Source of the DNA: Candidatus Cloacimonadia bacterium
Lineage (GTDB): Bacteria; Cloacimonadota; Cloacimonadia; JGIOTU-2; JBNGDW01
Direction of reading: 5' to 3'
Assembly (NCBI GenBank): GCA_049975325.1
Contig: JBNGDW010000001.1
Span: 1-54,871 of the forward strand
Length of the DNA: 54,871 bases
Part shown: one piece after another, positions 38,886 to 45,687 of the stretch
Layout of the letters: each line of letters begins with the position of its first letter
Numbering within the stretch: the first letter of the stretch is position 1
Notes under the pieces: model-generated
What the model was told of the DNA's origin: nothing
The model's database searches: none
The model's input: only the letters and a program-made list of their open reading frames with translations
Program-made: the position numbers and the translations under genes

Positions 38886-39047
38886 GGAGTGCAACAACCG
38901 TGTTGTTGCATGCAAAATCACCCAGTAGAATAAGAAATCAGATTCTACAGGGCAAGCGGATTTTGCACTCCAAAAGGCGGATAGAATTTTGGACAAATTT
39001 GCCTGCCCCGTAAGGAGTGAAGCGACTGTACGGGGAAATTTGTTTGT
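38886..39047 (+). ncRNA. Candidate structured RNA (3'-UTR-derived or independent): four or five consecutive or nested helices ending in a terminator-like hairpin
   Basis: Helices: GGAG 38886-89 with CTCC 38968-71. TGCAACAAC 38890-98 with GTTGTTGCA 38902-10. TGCAAAATC 38911-19 with GATTTTGCA 38959-67. GTAGAAT 38925-31 with ATTCTAC 38942-48. CCAAAA 38970-75 with TTTTGG 38987-92. CCCCGTA 39006-12 with TACGGGG 39029-35. Confidence 0.3.
39006..39047 (+). terminator. Terminator-like hairpin (7 bp GC-rich stem, 16 nt loop) followed by a T-rich run
   Basis: ccccgta-N16-tacgggg followed by aaatttgtttgtt. The loop is long and the U-tract is interrupted, so this is weak. Confidence 0.3.
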
Positions 39048-39084
39048 TAGAATTTGTTTATTATTTGATATTTGTTATTTGCGA

Positions 39085-39100
39085 TCCGCCAGTTGGCGGA
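39085..39100. repeat. GC-rich 16-nt palindromic motif, copy 2 (TCCGCCAGTTGGCGGA)
   Basis: Read directly. 7-nt inverted arms around a GT centre, in AT-rich non-coding DNA. Confidence 0.8.
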
Positions 39101-39106
39101 GAATTG

Positions 39107-39204
39107 TTTCCTGTCTCCTGTTTCCTGTCTCCTTTTCTCCTTTTCTCCTTTTTTCCCTTTCTTCCAGTCTCCCCGTCTCATCTTTTTTCCTGCTTCCATT
39201 TTCC
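39107..39204 (+). repeat. ~100 nt polypyrimidine tract built from short direct repeats (TTTCCTGTCTCC x2, TTTTCTCC x2, and others); purine-rich with 12 GGA motifs on the - strand
   Basis: Read directly. It is immediately followed by a polypurine stretch (39207-39250), centred on the TTCC-GT-GGAA palindrome at 39201-39210. Confidence 0.9.
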
Positions 39205-39273
39205 GTGGAAAGAAAAAAATTGAAGAAAAAACTTGAGAGGGAACTTTGGGAATGATAAATTTGGTTTCAAATC

Positions 39274-39303
39274 TTGACATGATTTAAAGGCAGTATTTAA
39301 AGT
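39274..39303 (+). promoter_or_regulatory. Candidate sigma70-type promoter (TTGACA, ~17-18 nt spacer, TTAAAG/TAAAGT)
   Basis: Perfect -35 hexamer at 39274-39279, but the -10 is weak. Confidence 0.25.
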
Positions 39304-39318
39304 TGACTATAGAAATAG

Positions 39319-39344
39319 TTTCGTGCTTTTTCGTGTGTTTCGTG
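39319..39344 (+). promoter_or_regulatory. Three direct TTTCGTG repeats at 9-10 nt phasing, just upstream of a TTGACA box; candidate activator or response-regulator binding array
   Basis: TTTCGTG at 39319-25, 39329-35 and 39338-44. The -35 box starts at 39359. Confidence 0.35.
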
Positions 39345-39358
39345 GAAAAATAAAAAAC

Positions 39359-39386
39359 TTGACAAGAAATCTTTACAGAGTTCAAT
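39359..39386 (+). promoter_or_regulatory. Candidate sigma70-type promoter (TTGACA, 16 nt spacer, TTCAAT)
   Basis: Perfect -35 at 39359-64 and a 4/6 -10 at 39381-86. An ATG follows 10 nt downstream, at 39396. Confidence 0.3.
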
Positions 39387-39459
39387 TTGTTTATTATGAA
39401 AAAACAAAGAAAAGGATTAAAATTGAATGTACAGAGGATAATCTCTAAATGGGATTCTT

Positions 39460-39475
39460 TCCGCCGGCTGGCGGA
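39460..39475. repeat. GC-rich 16-nt palindromic motif, copy 3 (TCCGCCGGCTGGCGGA)
   Basis: Read directly. Differs from copy 2 only at the two positions flanking the centre. Confidence 0.8.
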
Positions 39476-39493
39476 TAAAATCATTTTTCCTTA

Positions 39494-39509
39494 TCCAGCG
39501 GTTGGCGAA
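39494..39509. repeat. Degenerate copy 4 of the palindromic motif (TCCAGCGGTTGGCGAA)
   Basis: Shares TCC and GTTGGCG with copies 1 and 2. Lies 34 nt centre-to-centre from copy 3. Confidence 0.5.
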
Positions 39510-39528
39510 TTTAATCTTTCATTTGTAG

Positions 39529-39544
39529 CCCCCCCCACACACAC
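39529..39544. repeat. Simple-sequence tract C8(AC)4
   Basis: Read directly: cccccccc acacacac. Conspicuous in AT-rich non-coding DNA. Confidence 0.95.
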
Positions 39545-39844
39545 GGATACAATTTATCACAAGTAAGCAAGTTACATAAATTTTACTTTTTATTATTCCC
39601 TATTCAGGGAAAATATCTCACAAAAGTTGGAAAGAATAAATTCACTCAGAGCCTGCCTTTCTATTTTTCTTCCCGTAATAGAGAGGCATATGCGGATGGA
39701 AGAAACTCCCTTTTGTTTATGCCAGCCCAGAGATGAATGTTCATTATCATAGTTGAGGGAATACTTCTCATCTTATACCGAAAGGTAAATATATGCCCGG
39801 GTGAGAGGGAAAAGTAGAAAGCGGGAAAAATTTGGAGGAATAAA

Positions 39845-40429
39845 ATGAGGGGAAAAAGGTTCTTTGTAGGTATAATACTTATCTCTTTAGTATTGTTACC
39901 TGCATTAGGTCAAAGTGTAGAGATTGGCGAAGGAGACCTGGATAAGATTGCGGAATACTTCCAGATCAGTTTTTTACCTACCGAGGGGAGGGTCTACTAT
40001 TGTGAAATAATCAGCGATAATGTACATCTACTTCAGTTAGCAACTGAAAGCCAAAGCGAGTTAATCAATGAGTTGGATGCTACACTGGCTATAGCAGATG
40101 CTAATGATTGGAAAGCTGTCATAGATAAGATAAATAACCAGCTATTACCTCTTGCAGATAGTATTGAAGATTCAAAGCAAAAGCAAATGATAAAAGATTT
40201 ATTGGAGTTGCAGAAATATATATGTGAAATGGAGATAGACTATGTAGGAATTCCTAAGGACTTTGAATCTAATATTACTGATCACTTGACTGGCGATGGG
40301 GAATACACCTTGAAGGGCGTATCAGTACATATTTCAGATTGTTCTATTATTACGATTGGTGATACCTCTATACATCTATCAGGTTGTACCAAGCTAACTT
40401 TTAGTTATACTCTGCCGAAGATATTCTAA
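39845..40429 (+). CDS. Hypothetical secreted protein
   Basis: GGAGG RBS upstream. Signal peptide MRGKRFFVGIILISLVLLPALGQ. No recognisable family. Confidence 0.55.
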   Translation: MRGKRFFVGIILISLVLLPALGQSVEIGEGDLDKIAEYFQISFLPTEGRVYYCEIISDNVHLLQLATESQSELINELDATLAIADANDWKAVIDKINNQLLPLADSIEDSKQKQMIKDLLELQKYICEMEIDYVGIPKDFESNITDHLTGDGEYTLKGVSVHISDCSIITIGDTSIHLSGCTKLTFSYTLPKIF

Positions 40430-40522
40430 CCGCTATCAATTCCTGCAGAATGATTCATAACTAACTCATAAGGGAGCAATACTAAGCATTCTAGTATTGC
40501 CCCTTAACAATTTGGGGAAACT

Positions 40523-42250
40523 ATGAAAAATGTTTCTGGGGTATCAGCATTGATTCTTACGATATTTTTCTACGCCTGTGTAACACAAAATCCCTGCCAG
40601 GATATCACTATATACAGCAGTAACTCTCTCCCTCAGGCCGGTGGCGTTCTGAATAAGGCTACTCAAAACCAGACTGAACTTGTATTACCTGATTCTATTT
40701 CAATTCCTATGCTATCGAGTGATATGATTGAAAGTATGAAAACTTTGCAAGGTGATGCGGTAACAATTTATTATACACCTGATTTATATACGACTGCAAA
40801 AAAATGTTCAGAAACCCTGAATAAAGGTGATAGCATAATAACTGAGATCACAGGTATCCAGGCTCCTAACTTTAATATTGTAATTTGCAATGAAGAGGGA
40901 TTAGTATGGAGTGAATTGCTTGCATCTTGTACGCTCTCTGCCAAGATGGATCCGATGTTTTTTAATGAGCTTCTTTTTGCAGTATTCCACGAACAGGTTG
41001 AATATGCAATGGCTACTCCTCCCATAAATCTCTATTCGGATGTCAGAAACAGATTTATAGGAGATGGTATCGCCAATTATGTAATGTGGGGCTGTTATGA
41101 GAAACTATATCCTGAAAATTTCTATAAACTTTCACAAATGATACACGATAAATTCTCTAGCAATGAAGAAATATTTGATCTAAAGAAATGGGAGCTTGAT
41201 ACAAGTAGCGTTTCCAACATGATGCCTGAATTTGATCAATTGTGTTACTATGTAGCGCCTTACTTCTGGGCAAAAGTAGTTAGTAAATCTGGCAAAACTG
41301 ACTTAATAAAAGAATTTATTATGGAATTCACCAACCTACCAGAGAAAGATAAGACACAGGAAAAGGCAGTAGAAATATTAGAAAAGCTAACAAATTTGGA
41401 TATTCACAAAGAATTGGTGATATCCGCAAAAGAAATACTGGAAAATATCTCAAAATATTGGTTATTTTTTGATGTGCCTGAGGAGATGATTGTGGTATAT
41501 GGACTTCCTACTGACTCAATATGTTTATCTCTTTATAGTGAAAAAAAGTGCGTTATAGATTATTATTACCTCATCGATAAGTACGAAGTTTCAAATAATC
41601 AATTTTGTGAGTTTCTAAACAACTGCGGAAACCAGAAGGAAGGGGGTGAATATTGGATCGCACTTGATTCCTACCCTGAAATCCAAAAAACGGAAGAGGC
41701 CTTTATAGTTAAAGAAGGATACGAAAATTATCCTGTAAGATGGGTCAGCTGGTATGGTGCCAATGCATATGCAAAATGGGCAGGAAAGCGATTGCCCACA
41801 GAAGCAGAATGGAAAAAGGCAGCTCAGGGGAGAAACTGGCGGTGTAAATATCCATGGCAAAGAATATATATAGAAAATGATGATGCCTGGGACCCAACTC
41901 GTTGTAATTGGGATGAGAGTGGGAAGATTGATGGATATGAATTTACAGCCCCGGTAAATGAGTTTGAAAATGGCAAATCTGTCTATGGATGTTATAATAT
42001 GGTAGGTAATGTATTTGAATGGGTGCAAGACTGGTCAGTTCCCATAGAAAACCTCCCTGTCATAAATCCAGTTGGTGATAAGGGTATTTATAAAATCCAT
42101 GTAGGTGGATGTTTTAAATACGGAAAATCATGGCAAAATACTTATTCGCGGATAATGGGCTTGCCAAATGCTACTTATTCATGTGTTGGGTTCAGGTGTG
42201 CTAAGGATTTGCCAGGCATAGAAGAGTTGCAAAATATTAAACACTTATAA
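40523..42250 (+). CDS. Lipoprotein with an uncharacterised N-terminal domain and a C-terminal FGE-sulfatase (SUMF1/C-type-lectin-fold) domain
   Basis: Lipobox-like ..IFFYAC. C-terminal motifs YLIDKYEVSNNQF, YPVRWVSWYGANAYAKWAGKRLPTEAEWKKAA, GNVFEWVQDW and VGFRCAKD, typical of PF03781. Confidence 0.8.
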   Translation: MKNVSGVSALILTIFFYACVTQNPCQDITIYSSNSLPQAGGVLNKATQNQTELVLPDSISIPMLSSDMIESMKTLQGDAVTIYYTPDLYTTAKKCSETLNKGDSIITEITGIQAPNFNIVICNEEGLVWSELLASCTLSAKMDPMFFNELLFAVFHEQVEYAMATPPINLYSDVRNRFIGDGIANYVMWGCYEKLYPENFYKLSQMIHDKFSSNEEIFDLKKWELDTSSVSNMMPEFDQLCYYVAPYFWAKVVSKSGKTDLIKEFIMEFTNLPEKDKTQEKAVEILEKLTNLDIHKELVISAKEILENISKYWLFFDVPEEMIVVYGLPTDSICLSLYSEKKCVIDYYYLIDKYEVSNNQFCEFLNNCGNQKEGGEYWIALDSYPEIQKTEEAFIVKEGYENYPVRWVSWYGANAYAKWAGKRLPTEAEWKKAAQGRNWRCKYPWQRIYIENDDAWDPTRCNWDESGKIDGYEFTAPVNEFENGKSVYGCYNMVGNVFEWVQDWSVPIENLPVINPVGDKGIYKIHVGGCFKYGKSWQNTYSRIMGLPNATYSCVGFRCAKDLPGIEELQNIKHL

Positions 42251-43958
42251 CTTTTGTTCCAGTTCTACCCCAAGCTGGATCTTTTGCTTGCAAGTTCACG
42301 GGATTAACAAACAAGGTCTTATGGTTTTTATACACCACCATCCCAGGAGGTGCTTTTCGAGGTTTTGATACATATCTAATCTGAGTGTAATCAACAGGCA
42401 CTTTGGTGGAATGCTTCGCCTTACTATAGTAGGCTGCCAGACTTGCCGCTGCCTCAATCACCTGCTCTGGTAAATTCTCTCGCTTTTCTGGATTTTGTAC
42501 AACTACATGGGCTCCATGATATATTCTGCTATGAAAGAACCAATCATAAGGTCTTGCAAATCTGATAGTAAGTTCATCATTTTGCCTACTCGTTTTTCCT
42601 ACCAGAATTTTCCATTTTGTCTTTCCCACCTGAATGGAAAAATTTCGGAAGGGCAAACTCTCACTCTTACCATGCTTCTTCTTATCTTCATGAAACTCAT
42701 CTCGAAACTCATTAATCTCCTCCAAAGAGGCTGCTTCTTTTACTCTTTCTATCTTGTCTAAGACAGCTTTCAATTCCACCCTTATACGAGAAATGTATGC
42801 ATCAAGCTTCTTGCCGCCAGACTTCGCTTTTTGGTATTTTTTAAAATAGTGTTGCATATTTTCCTGAGGCGTCCATTCTGGCTGAAGTGGGATGATAACA
42901 TAAGGAGCCGTATCAACAAAATAGTTTTTTACCCGTACTTCTTTCTGCCCTTTTTCTATTTCACCGAGGTGTATCTTCAAGAGTTCTCCATAAACCTTCC
43001 ACTTTTCAGCATCCTTCATCTTCCCAAGTTTATTTTCATGCGTTTGAATTTTCTCTTTGAGGTGCTCAGCTTTCTTTTCTAATCCCCTTATTATTTGTGA
43101 TTTTACTTGCTTAAGCTGGAGTCTCACACATTTGTGTTCATAATAATATATAAAAGCCTCATTTACGGTTGAGAAAGGGGCTGCTGCCGGGGTTTCAATA
43201 ATTAAAGATAGACATTCCTGCTTTTCATCATAGAAGAGATTTTTACCACCCGTAGCAATGGCTGTTTTTAGCGAAGTTATCTTCTGTTTAACATCACTTA
43301 TGATGGACCAAAATTCTTCAGTGGGCGTTTCAGGAGCAAAGCGAGATGAAAGAAATTTTGGTACCTGGCTGAAAAGTCTGATAAATTCCTGCCAGGTTTC
43401 AGGAAGTTTCTCGCCCACACGCTCCATAAATTCTTCCTTTGATAAAGCAAAAATATATGGCTTCTCTCTCAGTGGTGGAGGAAAATAGGGAATTCCAGGA
43501 AATATTTGTCTGTAACGAGTCTGGCTAAAGGTAACTCTTTTATGGCTATCAATAATCTGCAGCTTTTCATCAGAATTCTTAAAGGCAAGGATAATGTTTT
43601 CATATCGAGGGATAAGTTCACAAATGAGAAGATAATGTCTTTTACCACTGTAACCACTTGCTTTTTCAAATGTGAAGTAAATCACTTTATCTTTATCTGC
43701 AATCTCAATCTTTATAAGTGTGCTTTTCAATAGATGCTGGCTTATAGTTTTGGTAAAGGACGAAGTTTTACCGGATTCCAAGTTGGTGTTTGTCAAAAAG
43801 CAAAGAGGGTCACCAGAAAATAAACTGAAAAAAAGATTACTATGAGGGGTAAACCCCAAAATATATTTATCTCTATCCTTTTTCAGGGAGTTCAATCTCT
43901 GATTTAAAAGGAATTTTTGTGCTTCAGCAGTCCATATGTCTAAGAATACAAAGTCCAT
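42237..43958 (-). CDS. rqcH: NFACT-family ribosome quality control protein (RqcH/FbpA-like)
   Basis: NFACT-N-like N-terminus, a central coiled coil, and the NFACT-R/DUF814 motif ILVGKTSRQNDELT..ARPYDWFFHSRIYHGAHVVV. Confidence 0.75.
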   Translation of the reverse strand: MDFVFLDIWTAEAQKFLLNQRLNSLKKDRDKYILGFTPHSNLFFSLFSGDPLCFLTNTNLESGKTSSFTKTISQHLLKSTLIKIEIADKDKVIYFTFEKASGYSGKRHYLLICELIPRYENIILAFKNSDEKLQIIDSHKRVTFSQTRYRQIFPGIPYFPPPLREKPYIFALSKEEFMERVGEKLPETWQEFIRLFSQVPKFLSSRFAPETPTEEFWSIISDVKQKITSLKTAIATGGKNLFYDEKQECLSLIIETPAAAPFSTVNEAFIYYYEHKCVRLQLKQVKSQIIRGLEKKAEHLKEKIQTHENKLGKMKDAEKWKVYGELLKIHLGEIEKGQKEVRVKNYFVDTAPYVIIPLQPEWTPQENMQHYFKKYQKAKSGGKKLDAYISRIRVELKAVLDKIERVKEAASLEEINEFRDEFHEDKKKHGKSESLPFRNFSIQVGKTKWKILVGKTSRQNDELTIRFARPYDWFFHSRIYHGAHVVVQNPEKRENLPEQVIEAAASLAAYYSKAKHSTKVPVDYTQIRYVSKPRKAPPGMVVYKNHKTLFVNPVNLQAKDPAWGRTGTKVISV

Positions 43959-44080
43959 AAAGTCTCTTAAAAGGGAGAAAATCTGAGGCGTTACCTCTTA
44001 ATTATCAAAAGATCTCAAAAAACCATGATAAAACACTGAATTTACAATTGATAGGATATAGTAAATTATATTTAATAGGT

Positions 44081-45199
44081 TTATATTCCCAGAATTCCCA
44101 AGAGCACCCCAGCAGCCACAGCTGATCCAATCACACCCGCCACATTTGGAGCCATAGCATGCATAAGAAGATAATTATTTTTATTATATTTTTGCCCTAC
44201 TTGTTGGACTACTCTTGCAGAGTCAGGAACTGCGGATACACCTGCAGCACCAATTAGGGGATTGATTTTTTCTTTTAAGAAAAGATTCATCAGTTTAGCA
44301 AATAGAATACCGGCAGCTGTAGCTATACAAAAAGCCAAGGCTCCTAGGAGAAAAATTTTAGGTGCAGCTGATGTAAGGAAGACATCCGCCTGCGTGCTGG
44401 CGCCGACAGCGACTCCCAATAGTATGGTAACAATATCTATTATAGCATTTCGCGAAACGCTCGCAAGGCGTTCAGTTACTCCGCATTCCTTCAAAAGATT
44501 CCCCAAAAATAGCATACCGAGTAGGGCTATAGCCCGTGGAGCAATACTTGCAGTCACCAAAAAGGCTACAATTGGAAAGATAATCTTCTCCTTTTTGCTC
44601 ACTATGCGCTGCGATTTCATCTGGATTTTACGTTCGGCTTTTGTTGTGAGAAGCCGCATTATTGGCGGCTGAATTATAGGGACAAGTGCCATATATGAAT
44701 ATGCTGCTATAGCAATAGGTCCTAAAAGGTTGGGGGCAAGTTCTGAAGCAAGGAAAATCGATGTTGGGCCATCAGCCCCACCAATTATCCCGATAGAACC
44801 TGCTTCTGGCAATGAGAAACCCAGCAAAACCGCGCCTATAAATGTAGCAAATATACCAACTTGAGCAGCAGCACCAAGCAAAATCAGCTTTGGATTAGAA
44901 ATAAGGGTGCTAAAATCAGTCATAGCACCGATACCTAAAAATATTAGAGGAGGGAATAAGCCATTTCTTACACCAAAATAGATATAACTCATTACCGAGC
45001 CTTCATCATAGACCCCCCCAAAGGTAGCAGGAATGTTGCCCAATATTATCCCAAATCCAATTGGAATAAGAAGAAGCGGCTCATAATGCTTCACAATACC
45101 AAGTGTGATTAACAAAATGCCAATACCTATCATGATTAGATTTGTATAATGAAAGTGTGCAAAGCCAGTAGTCTCTAAAAAACTAAGTAATTCGCTCAT
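44081..45199 (-). CDS. mmdB: Na+-translocating decarboxylase beta subunit (OadB/MmdB/GcdB family)
   Basis: Polytopic membrane protein with the EPLLLIPIGFG..LGNIP and GIIGGADGPT motifs typical of OAD_beta. Confidence 0.9.
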   Translation of the reverse strand: MSELLSFLETTGFAHFHYTNLIMIGIGILLITLGIVKHYEPLLLIPIGFGIILGNIPATFGGVYDEGSVMSYIYFGVRNGLFPPLIFLGIGAMTDFSTLISNPKLILLGAAAQVGIFATFIGAVLLGFSLPEAGSIGIIGGADGPTSIFLASELAPNLLGPIAIAAYSYMALVPIIQPPIMRLLTTKAERKIQMKSQRIVSKKEKIIFPIVAFLVTASIAPRAIALLGMLFLGNLLKECGVTERLASVSRNAIIDIVTILLGVAVGASTQADVFLTSAAPKIFLLGALAFCIATAAGILFAKLMNLFLKEKINPLIGAAGVSAVPDSARVVQQVGQKYNKNNYLLMHAMAPNVAGVIGSAVAAGVLLGILGI

Positions 45200-45214
45200 C
45201 CTTTACCTACCAGA

Positions 45215-45646
45215 TTATTCTTCTGATATTTCTACGAGTATCTGATCCTCTGCTACGGATTCTCCCTTTTTCACATTTATCTTATTTACAATTCCAGAGA
45301 CAGGAGCAGCAATCTCTGACTCCATTTTCATTGCTTCGAGGATCACAACTACATCTCCTGCATTAACTTTATCTCCTTCTTTTACAGGCAGATCGACAAT
45401 GAATCCAGGAAGCGGGGCTTTAACTTTTCCTGGATTAAGCATATCGCTTAATTTTCCACTCAATGTGGGGGGCATAGTTAAAACTCTCTTGGGCTGCTCA
45501 AACTTTTCCGGTATACTCCTAAACTCAGGTTCCATTTTGACATTATAGACAATTCCATTAATTTCCACTTTTGCTTCAGTGCCCGTGTATTCGATAACTC
45601 TGCCTTCAAACTTTTTCCCATTAATTTGCATCTTGTATGTTTTCAT
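45215..45646 (-). CDS. mmdC: Biotin carboxyl carrier subunit of the decarboxylase
   Basis: C-terminal biotinyl domain with the EAMKME attachment motif (VVILEAMKMESEIAAP). Confidence 0.85.
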   Translation of the reverse strand: MKTYKMQINGKKFEGRVIEYTGTEAKVEINGIVYNVKMEPEFRSIPEKFEQPKRVLTMPPTLSGKLSDMLNPGKVKAPLPGFIVDLPVKEGDKVNAGDVVVILEAMKMESEIAAPVSGIVNKINVKKGESVAEDQILVEISEE

Positions 45647-45687
45647 ATAGTACTAAATCCTTTTAACCTTTTTGGGGTTCAATATAT

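Noticed and set aside
38669-39484. Seven overlapping ORFs of 66-88 aa on both strands across the non-coding island (38669..38911 -, 38736..38996 -, 38780..39013 +, 38989..39255 +, 39017..39223 +, 39047..39280 -, 39284..39484 -).
   Set aside because: They mutually overlap in several frames. Their translations are low-complexity read-outs of the purine/pyrimidine repeats (FPFSLF.., KGKKGEKEKRR..). They lack RBSs and span sequence better explained by hairpins and repeats.
39085-39509. A CRISPR array formed by the repeated GC-rich palindromes.
   Set aside because: There are only three local copies, with irregular spacing (375 and 34 nt). The 16-nt repeats are much shorter than CRISPR repeats. 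No cas genes are present.
38824-39840. A housekeeping RNA (tmRNA, RNase P RNA, SRP/4.5S RNA, 6S RNA or tRNA) hidden in the 1 kb gene-free region.
   Set aside because: The hallmark strings are absent on both strands. I found no GGTTCGAATCC-type T-arm, no ...CCACCA 3' end, no AGGAAAGTCC P4 motif and no GGTCCGGAAGGAAGCAGCC SRP domain IV motif.
40950-41010. A zinc-metalloprotease motif in the N-terminal domain of the FGE lipoprotein (FHEQVEYAM).
   Set aside because: The sequence is HExxE followed by no second His at the +4 position, so it is not HExxH. I saw no downstream third ligand motif, and this is not enough to call a peptidase.
41560-42250. Diversity-generating retroelement (DGR) target: the FGE/C-type-lectin-fold C-terminus is a classic DGR variable-region scaffold.
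   Set aside because: No reverse transcriptase gene is present in the window. I found no template-repeat copy of the last ~120 nt of the gene elsewhere in the window, including the non-coding island. No adenine-specific mismatch pattern can be shown. This remains testable genome-wide.
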